Both the position numbers and the translations under genes were made by a program. Below the pieces are notes generated by a model. The model had not been told where the DNA came from and did no database searches. It saw only the letters and a program-made list of their open reading frames with translations. A stretch of DNA of 64,000 nucleotides, taken from NCBI GenBank assembly GCA_030390025.1, contig CM059432.1, forward strand, positions 7,440,001 to 7,504,000, given 5' to 3'. This stretch comes from Squalus acanthias. Its lineage: Eukaryota. Below, piece by piece: positions 13,603 to 24,050 of this stretch (the stretch's first letter is position 1; the number at the start of each line of letters is the position of its first letter).

Positions 13603-14135
13603 ATAAAGAAAGGCTTGCATTTATATAGCGCCTTTCACGACCACCGGGCGTCTCAAAGCGTTTTACAGCCAATCTGCACACAGCAAGCTTCCACAAACAG
13701 CAATGTGATAATGACCAGATAAACTGTTTTTGTTATGTTGATTGAGGGATAAATATTGGCCAGTACACCAGGGATAACTCCCCTATTTCTGACGAAAGGT
13801 CTTCGACCTGAAACGTTAACTCAGTTTCTCTCTCCACGGATGCTGCCTGGCCTGCTGAGTTTTTCCAGCATTTTCTGTTGTTATTTCATAACTCCCCTAC
13901 TCCTCTTTTGAAATAGTGGCCTCGGGATCTTTTACGTTCACCTGAGAGGGCAGACTGGGCCTCGGTTTAACAACTTGCCCGAAAGGCAACACCTCTGACA
14001 GTGCAGCACTCCCTCAGCACAGCACTGCACTGGAGTGTCAGCCTGGATTTATATGCTGAAGTCCCTGGGAGTGGGACTTGAACCCACAACCTTCTGACTC
14101 AGAGGCGAGTGTGCTACCCACTGAGCCACAGCTGA
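13603..14135 (-). mobile_element. Deu-domain tRNA-derived SINE (SacSINE1/AmnSINE-like), interrupted at 13786-13887
   Basis: Head with A box TGGCTCAGTGGG and B box GGTTCAAGTCC, Deu-like core, L2-like tail. Confidence 0.8.
13786..13887 (+). mobile_element. 102-bp Penelope-like end fragment with a minimal hammerhead ribozyme motif; 12-bp TSD
   Basis: CTGACGA-AGGTC ttc GACCT-GAAAC-GTT-AACT at 13789-13821; ATAACTCCCCTA duplicated at 13774-13785 and 13888-13899. Confidence 0.75.
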
Positions 14136-14487
14136 CAGCTGATGAGGACAGCAATGGTCCTTATACTCATCCCTGGGGGACCCCACTGCACACTTCCCTC
14201 CAGTCAGAAAAACATCCCTTCACCACTACTCTCTGCCTCCTATCCGTAACCAATTACGTACCCAAGTTATCACCATCCCTTTAATCCCATGTACATGTAT
14301 TTTCCAAATAGGTCTGTTATATGTTACTTTATCAAATGCCTTTTGTATGTCAACATATACAACATGTACTGCACTACTTTCATCAACCCTCTCTGTTACT
14401 TCATCAAAGAACTCAATCAGATTCGTCAGACACGATTTGCCTTGAACAAATCCATGCTGGCTGTTCCTTATTAACCCATATCAATTA

Positions 14488-15045
14488 CATTTGACACTGA
14501 GCCACATAAGGAGATATTGGGATAGGTGACCAAAAGCTTGGTCAAAGAGGTAGGTTTTAAAGGAGTGTCTTAAAGGAGAAGAGAGAGGCGGAGAGCAACG
14601 TTCCCGCTAAGCTGCGGTCTGGAGGTCCCGCGCAGGCCGCTCACCGGCTTCTACAGGGAAGAAACTGCGCACGCGTGAAAATTTGAATGGGCTGCGCAGC
14701 CACTTAAAGAGACCAGGCAGGAAAAAAAAAATTAGAGAGAACATTGGTAGAGAGGCAAAGAGATCTAGGGAGGGGAATTCCAGAGCTCGGGGCCCAGGTA
14801 GCTGAAGGCATGGCCGCCAATGGTGGAGCGATGAAAATCGGGGATGCTCCAGAGGCCAAAATTGGAGGAGTGCAGAGATCTCGGAGGGTTGTGGAGCTGG
14901 AGGATATTACAAAGATAGGGAGGGGCGCGAGGCCATGGAGGGAATTGAAAACAAGGATGAGAATTTTAAAATCGAGACGTTGCCAGACCGGGAGACAATG
15001 TAGGTCAGCGAGCACAGCGGGGTGATGGGTGAGCGGGACTTGTTG
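14488..15045 (-). mobile_element. L2-clade LINE 3' fragment
   Basis: LADLHCLPVWQRLDFKILILVFNSLHGLAP motif; same 3' UTR as the other L2 copies. Confidence 0.8.
14596..14746. mobile_element. hAT-like MITE inserted in L2
   Basis: TIRs CAACGTTCC / GAGAACATTG; imperfect 8-bp TSD GCGGAGAG/GTAGAGAG; related copy at 60653-60823. Confidence 0.65.
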
Positions 15046-15451
15046 CGTTCCTACTCAGTATTTGATCATTGTTCTTCTATCACAGAATATTATTCTTTGG
15101 CTATGATCTGGAATGCACTACATGAATGTGTGGTGGTAGCAGATTCAATAGTAACTTTCAAAGGGGTATTGGATAAATACTTGAAAAGGGAAAATTTGCA
15201 GGGCTATGGGGGAAAGAGCAGGGGGAGTGGGACTCATTGGAGAGCTCATTCACAGGCACGATGGTCTCCACCATTGGCAACCGTACCTTCAGCTGCCTCG
15301 GCCCCAAGCTCTGGCACGATGGCCCTCTTCTGTGCTGTGTGATTCTACGATTCTAGTCGAATCTGAATTGCCTGGAAATGAATGGTTGTACGAGAATGCA
15401 ATAAATCCTTGGTGCCTGATGAACAATGAACAAGTAGGAACACTGCTTCTA

Positions 15452-15925
15452 AGAACATAAGAAATAGGAGCAGGAGTAGGCCATCTGGCCCCTCGTGCCT
15501 GCTCCGCCATTCAATAAGATCATGGCTGATCATCGACCTCAACTCCACTTTCCCGCCCGATTCCCATATCCCTTGATTCCCTTAATATTCAAAAATCTAT
15601 CGATCTCAGTCTTGAATATACTCAACGACTGAGCCTCCACAGCCCTCTGGGGTAAAGAATTCCAAAGATTCACCACCCTCTGAGTGAAGAAATTCCTTCT
15701 CATCTCGGTCTTAAATGGCTGACCCCTTATCCTGAGACTATGTCCCATAGTTCTAGACAGGGGGAAACCACCTCTCAGCATCTACCCTGTCAATCCCCCT
15801 CAGAATCTTATATGTTTCAATGAGATCACCTCTCATTCTTCTAAACTCCAGAGAGTATAGGCCCATTCTACACAATCTCTCACATTAGGACAGCCCTCTC
15901 ATCCCAGGAATCAATCCAGTGAATC
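15452..15925 (-). mobile_element. CR1 3' end
   Basis: RNFFTQRVVNLWNSLPQRAV, 3' UTR hairpin, (TTATGTTC) tail. Confidence 0.85.
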
Positions 15926-16794
15926 TAAAAGAGACCAAGAATAGCCAAGGCAGCCATTCCCACTTTCTTCCGTCTGTCAGTTTGTCCAAAAGGAAAACAG
16001 TCAGACATAAAAATTAACTTAAGAGAGGTAAAAATAATTACTGGTAACGTCAAGCAATTAACTAAAAGAAAATCCATACGAGCTATAAAGTCCTTTTTTA
16101 AGTCTTGGGAACCTTCAGCGATTGTTGGAAAGGCCGAGCCTTAAATCTATTCTTCACTTTCAGTCCCAAAGGTCCATAATTCAGGACTTGTTTGCATTCA
16201 TTTCTCCAGCAATTATGCTGCATGAGCGCTTCCCAATACTGCAACAACCAAGTGTAAAAATAATGACCACGCTTTAACCGTTCCCGTGTCAACCAGCTGG
16301 GTATTTGATGGATCTGTAGCACAACCGAAACAGCTGCCAGAATGTTGGCAGCCATGATGCATCTCCTTGACATCGTGTACAGCACTCTAGGGCTGCGTCT
16401 GTGCAGCAAGATTAATATCGCTGCTTTGCTAAAGTAGCAGCACAAACCTGGATTTGGACAGGGAGGGGGAGGGTGGGTGGTGTAGAGGGCCTGACGTGAC
16501 TCCGGAGAGAAGCAGAGTGCGACCCCTGGGGAAAGGTGTCTCGCTCCACTTGTATTTCAGGAGTAACTCTACTGTGGGGTCCCACGAGATTTCATATAAT
16601 GCTCAGCGGCTCCCTTGGACCTGCTGGAACACTTCTTAATTGGAACTGGAGTTAACTTAAATGCTTCGAGGCACTACCCGCCTACAATCTCTAAACACTT
16701 CAATATTGGTTAGTGGGAGAGGAGTTCTGCACATGAGTGCGAGGGCTAACGGTCCAGGCAGTCGCACTTCACGCCAGGCAGAGTAAACTGAATC

Positions 16795-17120
16795 TACGCC
16801 TTTCGGATGAGATGTTAAAGCGAGGTCTGCCTTCTCAGGGGGATGTAAAAGATCCCGTGGCACTATTTCGAAGAAGAGCAGGGGAGTTCTCCCCGGTGTC
16901 CTGGGGCCAATATTTATCCCTCAATCAACATCACTAAAAACAGGTTATCTGGCCATTGTCACATTGCTGTTTGTGGGAGCTTGCTGTGCGCAAATTGGGG
17001 TTTCCTACACATTACGACAGCGACTCCACTTCAAAAAGTACATCATTGGCTGTAAAGAGCTTTGGGACTTCCAGAGGTCGTGGAAAGCACTTTATAAATG
17101 CAAGTTCTTTCTTTCTTTCT
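16795..17120 (+). mobile_element. Deu-domain SINE, 5'-truncated
   Basis: Deu core (GATCCCGTGGCACTATTTCGAAGAAGAGCAGGGGAG) and tail. Confidence 0.8.
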
Positions 17121-17191
17121 ACGTGGTTGGAACCCATACTATAGCTGTTAATCTCTGAACAGCAAATGAAGATTAAAAGCAATGTGTGGCG

Positions 17192-17604
17192 TAGAAGAAT
17201 GAGAGGTGATCTTATTGAAACATATAAATACTGAGGGGGCTCGACAGGGTAGATGGAGAGAGGATGTTTCCCCTCGTGGGGGAATCTAGAACTCGGGGGC
17301 ATAGTTTCAGAATAAAGGGTCGCCCATTTAGAACTGAGGTGAGGAGGAATTTCTTCTCTCAGAGGGTCGTAAATCTGTGGAATTCTCTGCTCCAGAGAGC
17401 CGTGGAGGCTGGGTCATTAAATACATTTAAGGTGGAGATAGACAGATTTTTGAACAATAAGGGAGTGAAGGGTTATGGGGAGCGGGCAAGGAAATGGAGC
17501 TGAGCCCAAGATCAGATCAGCCATGATCTCATTGAATGGCGGAGCAGGCTCGAGGGGCCAAATCGCCAACTCCTGCTCCTATTTCTTATGTTCTTATGTT
17601 CTTA
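17192..17604 (+). mobile_element. CR1 3' end
   Basis: ORF2 C-terminus plus (TTATGTTC)n tail. Confidence 0.85.
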
Positions 17605-17709
17605 TAACACAGCATTATTCCTGTGAGCTTCAGTCAGTCTCGTCATTGTTTTACTGTCATCTTATTTTTGCGTGTGCAAGCTGAAAGGCTTCAACGTTGA
17701 ATTGCCTTA

Positions 17710-17953
17710 CAGTGTCGGGAGCGGAGAGAGCAGCAGCACAGTGAGTAGTTAAACTCACTTTCGCGGGCTTTTTTTGCAGAGGCCAGTGTCGGGAGCGGAG
17801 AGAGCAGCAGCACAGTGAGTATTTAAATTCACTTTCGCGGGCTTTTTTTGCAGAGGCCAGTGTCGGGAGCGGAGAGAGCAGCAGCACAGTGAGTATTTAA
17901 ATTCACTTTCGCGGGCTTTTTTTTGCAGAGGCCAGTGTCGGGAGCGGAGAGAC
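17710..17953 (+). repeat. Tandem 74-75 bp monomers (about 3.3 copies) at the CR1 5' end
   Basis: Units starting CAGTGTCGGGAGCGGAGAG at 17710, 17784, 17858 and 17933. Confidence 0.92.
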
Positions 17954-18397
17954 CAGAAGCGGACCAGGTGGGAAGCACCCAGGTGAACAGCATTTAAGGA
18001 GGGTGGTGGCTTAAACCCGAGTTCCTACAGAGTAGGAACCCCCACCCGCCCTCCTCCTCTAACCTACTAGTCTTTTAGCAGTCTAAAAACAGAGGTCACA
18101 AATTTTTTGGTCTCAGTTTCTTTTCAGCAGGGCAGGAACCGGGAGGAGCGGGAAGTCGGCGTAGGACCAAGGGGACACAAGACCGGGAAGTCAGCGAAAG
18201 ACCAGGGAGGTAAGACTAACTGGTAAGTACTTTCCTCAAACCTTCCTAGAAAGTAAAACTAAAACTAGTGGGATTTGGTTAGTTTAAAAAGGAATAAGAG
18301 GAGTACAGTATACATTGGTCTAAGTAAGCTTCGGGAAAACAAAAGTCAATAAATAAACTAAAACTAGAAAATTAAAAAGTAATATAAGGGTTAAGTC

Positions 18398-19321
18398 ATG
18401 GCAGTAGAGCTCGGACCTGTGTCATGCTCCTCCTGTAACATGTGGGAAATCAGGGACGCTTCCTGTGTCCCTGACAACCATGTGTGCGGGAAGTGTGTCC
18501 AGCTGCAGCTCATGTGGGACCGCATGACGGCCCTTGAGCTGCGGATGGACTCACTTTGGAGCATCCACGATTCTGAGAGGGTTGTGGATAACACATTTAG
18601 TGAGTTGGTCACACCGCAGGTTAAGGCCAGAGTAGATAGTACATGGGTGACCAAAAGGCAGAGCAAGGGCAGGAAGGTAGTGCAGAAATCCCCTGGGGTT
18701 GTCTCCCTTAGCAACAGGTTCACCGCCTTAGGTGCTGTTGTCGGGGGGGATGACTCATCGGGGGAAGGCACCAGCAGCCAGGCTCATGGCACCATGACTG
18801 GCTCTGTTGCAAAGAAGGGAGGGAAAAAGAGTGGCAGGGCTATAGTAATAGGGGATTCGATTGTAAGGGGAATAGATAGGGGTTTCTGTGGTCGCGACCG
18901 AGACTCCAGGATGGTATGTTGCCTCCCTGGTGCAAGGGTCAAGGATGTCTCGGCGCGGGTGCAGAACATTCTGGAGGGGGAGGGGGAACAGCCAGTTGTC
19001 GTGATACATGTTGGTACCAACGACGTAGCTAAAAAAAGGGAAGAGGTCCTACAAGTAGAATTTAGGGAGTTAGGAGCCAAGCTAAAAAGTAGGACCTCGA
19101 AGGTAGTAATCTCTGGATTACTACCAGTGCCACGTGCTAGTAAGAGTACAGAGAACAGGATAGTTAGGCTAAATACGTGGCTTGAGCAGTGGTGTAAGAG
19201 GGAGGGTTTTAAATTTTTGAGGCATTGGAACCAGTTTTGTGGTAGGTGTGACCTGTGCAAAGATGGAACTGATGTTCTCGGGGTAATTTTTGATAAAGCA
19301 GTTCGGGAGCATTTAAACTAG
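18398..19321 (+). CDS. CR1 ORF1 protein (N-terminal zinc finger/leucine zipper, C-terminal SGNH esterase-like domain)
   Basis: 307 aa; CSSC...CGKC then a heptad Leu run; SGNH blocks VIGDSIVRG, CLPGA, HVGTND. Confidence 0.9.
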   Translation: MAVELGPVSCSSCNMWEIRDASCVPDNHVCGKCVQLQLMWDRMTALELRMDSLWSIHDSERVVDNTFSELVTPQVKARVDSTWVTKRQSKGRKVVQKSPGVVSLSNRFTALGAVVGGDDSSGEGTSSQAHGTMTGSVAKKGGKKSGRAIVIGDSIVRGIDRGFCGRDRDSRMVCCLPGARVKDVSARVQNILEGEGEQPVVVIHVGTNDVAKKREEVLQVEFRELGAKLKSRTSKVVISGLLPVPRASKSTENRIVRLNTWLEQWCKREGFKFLRHWNQFCGRCDLCKDGTDVLGVIFDKAVREHLN

Positions 19322-22263
19322 TATGGCAGGGGGTTAGAAACCTATGTAGTGAAATAGAGGAAAGTGAAAGGCAGACAGAAATAAATGGTAAAAGGGTGAG
19401 GAACAAAAAACAAAGGGCCAAACCAATTCATAAAAAATGTGAGCATAAAAAAAGCCTGAGGGTTTTGTACCTTAATGCGAGAAGCATCAGGAACAAGGTA
19501 GATGAATTAGCTGTGGAAATAGAGGTTAATAATTATGATCTAATTGGGATTACGGAAACATGGTTGCAGGGTGAGCAGGGCTGGGAGCTTAACATACAAG
19601 GGTATTCAGTATTTAGGAAGGATCGACAAAAAAGAAAGGGAGGAGGGGTAGCATTGCTGGTAAAAGAAGGGATAAATGCAATTGAAAGGAAGGATATTAA
19701 CTCAGTTAATACAGAATCTATATGGGTGGAGCTAAGAAATAGCGAGGGGCGAAAAACATTAATAGGAGTGGTATATAGGCCTCCAAATAGTAAAATAGAG
19801 GTTGGGGAGGGCATCACGAGGGAAATTAGAGAAGCGTGCAATAAGAGCACAGCTGTCATCATAGGTGACTTTAACTTACATATAGATTGGAATAGCCTAA
19901 TCAGTAAAAATAATGAGGAGGAGGAATTCCTTGAGTGTTTAAGGGATGGTTATCTGGATCAATATGTCGAGGAACCAACTCGGGAACAGGCTATATTGGA
20001 CTGGGTACTGTGCAATGAGAAGGGACTAATTAGTAATCTTGTTGTACGGGGACCCTTGGGTCAGAGCGATCATAACATGATCGATTTCTCACTCGAAATG
20101 GAGAGCGAAGAAATTGACTCAGATACTAAGGTCCTGAATTTAAACAAGGGGAATTATGATGCCATTAGACGGGAACTGAGTAGGTCTGATTGGACAACGT
20201 TCCTGGGAGGACTGGAGGTAGATAAACAATGGCAAGCATTTAAAGGTAGAATGACAAAATTGCAAAAATTGTTTATACCAATCTGGCATAAAAGGAAATC
20301 TAAAAAGGTGACTCAACCGTGGATAACAGGGGAAATTAGAGACAGCATAAAATCCAAAGATAGGGCGTATAAATTAGCCAAAAAAAGCGCCAGAGCGGAA
20401 GATTGGGAACAGTTTAAGATAGAGCAAAGGAGGACAAAGGGCTTAATCAAGAGGGGCAAAATAGCTTACGAAAGCAAGCTGGCGGAAAATATAAAAACTA
20501 ACTCCAAAAGCTTTTATAAGTATATCAAGAGGAAAAGACTGGTGAAAACCAAAGTTGGCCCATTGCAGTCAGATACGGGGGAATATATAACGGGAAATAA
20601 AGAAATGGCAGACCAACTAAATGCATACTTTGGGTCAGTCTTTACGAAGGAAGACACAAAAAACCTCCCTGGGATATCGGGAAAAATAGGGACATTTGCA
20701 AAGGAGGAACTGACGCAAGTCAATATCTCTAAGGATATGGTGTTAAGGAAGCTAAAGGGATTGAAGGCGGACAAATCCCCAGGGCCTGATAACATGCATC
20801 CTAGGGTGCTGAAGGAGGTGGCCCTTGAGATAGCGGATGCACTAAGTATGATTTTTCAGAATTCATTAGACTCGGGAACAGTGCCCATGGATTGGAGGGT
20901 AGCTAACGTTACCCCACTATTCAAAAAGGGGGGTAGGGAAAAAGCAGGTAATTACAGACCTGTAAGCCTTACATCAGTTGTGGGCAAAATGCTGGAGTCC
21001 ATCATTAAGGATGAAATAGCGGAGCACTTAGCAAATGGGGACAGGATAGGACAGAGTCAACATGGATTTACAAAGGGTAAATCGTGCTTGACTAATCTAT
21101 TGGAATTTTTTGAGGGAGTAACTGGTAAAATAGATGGGGGAGAGCCAGTAGATGTGGTGTACCTGGACTTCCAAAAGGCCTTCGATAAGGTCCCACATAA
21201 AAGATTAGCAGGGAAAATTGAAGCTCATGGGATAAAGGGGAAAGTATTGACGTGGATAGAGAACTGGCTGTCAGATAGAAAACAGAGAGTTGGAATAAAC
21301 GGCTCATTTTCTGAATGGCTGGCAGTAACAAGTGGGGTACCACAGGGATCTGTCCTGGGTCCCCAGCTGTTCACAATTTACATTAATGACCTGGATCAGG
21401 GAGTCGGATGCAGCATTTCCAAATTTGCAGACGACACTAAACTAGGAGGAGGGGTGGGCTCAGAGGAGGAGACCAGGAAGCTCCAGAGCGATTTGGACAG
21501 ACTGGGTGATTGGGCGGATAAATGGCAGATGCACTATAATGTGGACAAGTGCGAAGTTATCCACCTTGGGTGCAGGAACGGGAGGGCAAATTATTATTTA
21601 AATGGCAATAAATTGGGAGAGGGGGAAGTACAGAGAGACCTGGGTGTTCTTGTACACCAGTCACTGAAGGCGAGCATGCAGGTGCAACAGGCGATCAAGA
21701 AGGCAAACGGTATGCTGGCCTTCATAGCAAAAGGGTTGGAATACAGGAACAGGGATACCTTGCTGCAGCTGTACAGGGCACTGGTGAGACCACAGCTCGA
21801 GTACTGTGTACAGTTTTGGTCGCCTCATCTGAGGAAAGATGTTCTTGCCATGGAGGGGGTGCAGCGGCGATTCACCAGGCTGATACCAGGAATGGCGGGA
21901 TTGACCTATGAGGAGAGACTATGTAGTTTAGGGATGTACACACTGGAGTTTAGAAGATTGAGAGGGGACCTCATAGAAGTGTATAAAATTCTGACAGGTC
22001 TAGACAGACTAGATGCAGAAGGAATGTTTCCCTTGGCGGGTGAGAACAGAACTAGAGGACATAATTTAAGGATAAGGGCTAAACCATTTAGGACAGAAAT
22101 GAGGGGGAATTTCTTCACTCAGAGGGTGGTGAACCTGTGGAACTCATTGCCACAGAGGGCAGTGTACGCCAGCTCATTAAATATATTTAAGAGGGAATTA
22201 GATATATTTCTACAGGCAAAAGGGGTTAAGGGTTACGGAGAGAAGGCGGGGACGGGATACTGA
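19297..22263 (+). CDS. CR1 ORF2 protein (AP-like endonuclease + reverse transcriptase); start not defined by an AUG
   Basis: Frame open from 19297 to the stop at 22263. APE motifs YLNARS, ITETW, VYRPP, GDFN, SDH; RT motifs [27 protein letters not shown]. The ORF-track start at 19396 is GTG. Confidence 0.93.
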   Translation, partial: SSSGAFKLVWQGVRNLCSEIEESERQTEINGKRVRNKKQRAKPIHKKCEHKKSLRVLYLNARSIRNKVDELAVEIEVNNYDLIGITETWLQGEQGWELNIQGYSVFRKDRQKRKGGGVALLVKEGINAIERKDINSVNTESIWVELRNSEGRKTLIGVVYRPPNSKIEVGEGITREIREACNKSTAVIIGDFNLHIDWNSLISKNNEEEEFLECLRDGYLDQYVEEPTREQAILDWVLCNEKGLISNLVVRGPLGQSDHNMIDFSLEMESEEIDSDTKVLNLNKGNYDAIRRELSRSDWTTFLGGLEVDKQWQAFKGRMTKLQKLFIPIWHKRKSKKVTQPWITGEIRDSIKSKDRAYKLAKKSARAEDWEQFKIEQRRTKGLIKRGKIAYESKLAENIKTNSKSFYKYIKRKRLVKTKVGPLQSDTGEYITGNKEMADQLNAYFGSVFTKEDTKNLPGISGKIGTFAKEELTQVNISKDMVLRKLKGLKADKSPGPDNMHPRVLKEVALEIADALSMIFQNSLDSGTVPMDWRVANVTPLFKKGGREKAGNYRPVSLTSVVGKMLESIIKDEIAEHLANGDRIGQSQHGFTKGKSCLTNLLEFFEGVTGKIDGGEPVDVVYLDFQKAFDKVPHKRLAGKIEAHGIKGKVLTWIENWLSDRKQRVGINGSFSEWLAVTSGVPQGSVLGPQLFTIYINDLDQGVGCSISKFADDTKLGGGVGSEEETRKLQSDLDRLGDWADKWQMHYNVDKCEVIHLGCRNGRANYYLNGNKLGEGEVQRDLGVLVHQSLKASMQVQQAIKKANGMLAFIAKGLEYRNRDTLLQLYRALVRPQLEYCVQFWSPHLRKDVLAMEGVQRRFTRLIPGMAGLTYEERLCSLGMYTLEFRRLRGDLIEVYKILTGLDRLDAEGMFPLAGENRTRGHNLRIRAKPFRTEMRGNFFTQRVVNLWNSLPQRAVYASSLNIFKRELDIFLQAKGVKGYGEKAGTGY

Positions 22264-22529
22264 ATTGGAGGATCAGCCATGATCTCATTAAATGGCGGAG
22301 CAGGCTCGAAGGGCCGGATGGCCTACTCCTGCTCCTATCTTCTATGTATCTATGTATGTATCTATGTTGGCAATGGTATCTTTTTGTCCTGTGACATTTT
22401 TTAGTGGTGTTCGAAAGAGGAACCGGAAAGCAAGCAGAGCTTTGGCCGGGAGTGTGCCTCCATGCAGCCTGAAATGATAAGTAAAAATATACATGGATTT
22501 GATGTCCGTCCCAAAGCTATTCCTGAACT

Positions 22530-22932
22530 ACAGAGACTTGAGCACAAAGTTCTAGGCTGACACTCCAGTGCAATACTGAGGGAGTGCTGCACTGTCAGAG
22601 GTGCCGTCTTTCGGATGAGACGTTAAAACCGAGGCCCCGTCTGCTCTCTCAGGTGGACGTAAAGGATCCCATAGCGCTATTTCGAAGAAGAGCAAGGGAG
22701 CTCTCCCTGGTGTCCTGGCCAATATTTATCCCTCAACCAACATCACAAAAAAACAGATTATCTGGTCATTATCACATTGCTGTTTGTGGGAGCTTGCTGT
22801 GCGCAAATTGTCTGCCGCGTTTCCTACATTATAACAGTCACTACACTTCAGAAAGTACTTCATTGGCTGTAAAGCACTTTGGGACATCTTGAGGTCAAGG
22901 AAGGCGCTATAGAAATGCAAGTCTTTCTTTTA
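22530..22932 (+). mobile_element. Deu-domain SINE
   Basis: Deu core and L2-like tail. Confidence 0.8.
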
Positions 22933-23609
22933 TTCCTGAACTTGACGACTATTATATACGAACATATGAGAAAGGACAAGAGAAGACCAGCTGATCAATG
23001 CAGCCCATCCCATCCGGACACTGTGCAGCCTACGTGCACTGTCAACCCCACCAACCCCCTTTGCCCTGCCTACCCCAAGTCGTACGATCTCCTATGAGAG
23101 GCAAAGAAGCAGAAAAAAAAAACACCGACTGTGGCCAATTTAGGAAATAAATCTCTCGGGAAAATTTGTCTCTGATCCACAAAGGCAATCGAGTAAACTC
23201 CAGGAGACTACAGTCACAGGACAGCACCAGCGACTCCCAGCTCCACCTACCTTCCGTAACTCGCAGAAACCTCATCCAGCCTCCCTTTGTAAATCCTGCG
23301 GTGAATCCGTGCTCACTGCACATTCTGGCAATCAATTCCACGGGGGTCGATAACACTCTGCAAAAGAAGCACGTATGTCCCTCAGTCTGATTTCTTATTT
23401 TTATACTGATGCCCCACTATTCCTTTCTCCTCAGTGTGCTTGTAGATACAGATTAATCTATCTTGTGGCAAAAGTCCAAAACGATTCACACAAGAATACC
23501 AGCAGCCCCGTAACAAACATCACTGTGCTGCTCAGAGAGGCAATTCTGATTTCATCTAAGGTGGGTTCATTAGGGAAGTGCAATAAAATAATTTGTAAGG
23601 CTTATTTAG

Positions 23610-24050
23610 AAAGAAAGACTTGCATTTTATACAGCGCCTTCCACGACCTCAGTACATCCCAAAGCGCTTTGCAGCCAATGAAGTACTTTTTGAAGTGGAG
23701 TCAGTGTTGTAATGTAGGAAACGGGGCAGCCAATTTGCGCACAGCAAGCTCCCGCAAACAGCAACATGATAACGAGCAGATAATCTGTTTTTAGGCGTTG
23801 GTTGAGGGTTGAATATTGGCGCAGGACACTGGGGATAACTCCCCTGCTCTTCTTCAGAATAGCGCTGTGGGATCTTTTACGCCCAGCTGAGAGAGAGAGC
23901 AGACGGGGCCTCGGTTTAACATCTCAACCTCAGCACTGCACTGGAACGTCAAGCCTAGATGTTTGTGCTCAAGTCTCTGGAGTGGGACTATGAACCCACG
24001 ACCTTCTGACCCGGAGGAGAGCGTGCTACCCACTGAGCCACGGCTGACAC
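23610..24050 (-). mobile_element. Deu-domain SINE
   Basis: tRNA-like head, core and tail on the minus strand. Confidence 0.8.

Larger units (their letters stand above)
17710..22366 (+). mobile_element. Apparently full-length CR1 LINE (5' UTR with tandem monomers, ORF1, ORF2, 3' UTR, (TATGTATC)-type tail)
   Basis: Two uninterrupted ORFs in the canonical order, 3' stem-loop GGAGCAGG...CCTGCTCC and a microsatellite tail. No TSD seen. Confidence 0.93.

Noticed and set aside
17710..17953. CRISPR-like array
   Set aside because: The units are contiguous near-identical tandem copies without unique spacers, there are no cas genes, and the context is a eukaryotic LINE 5' UTR.
19396..22263. Retron, DGR or group II intron RT system
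   Set aside because: The APE-RT architecture, upstream esterase ORF1 and 3' microsatellite tail identify a CR1 LINE.
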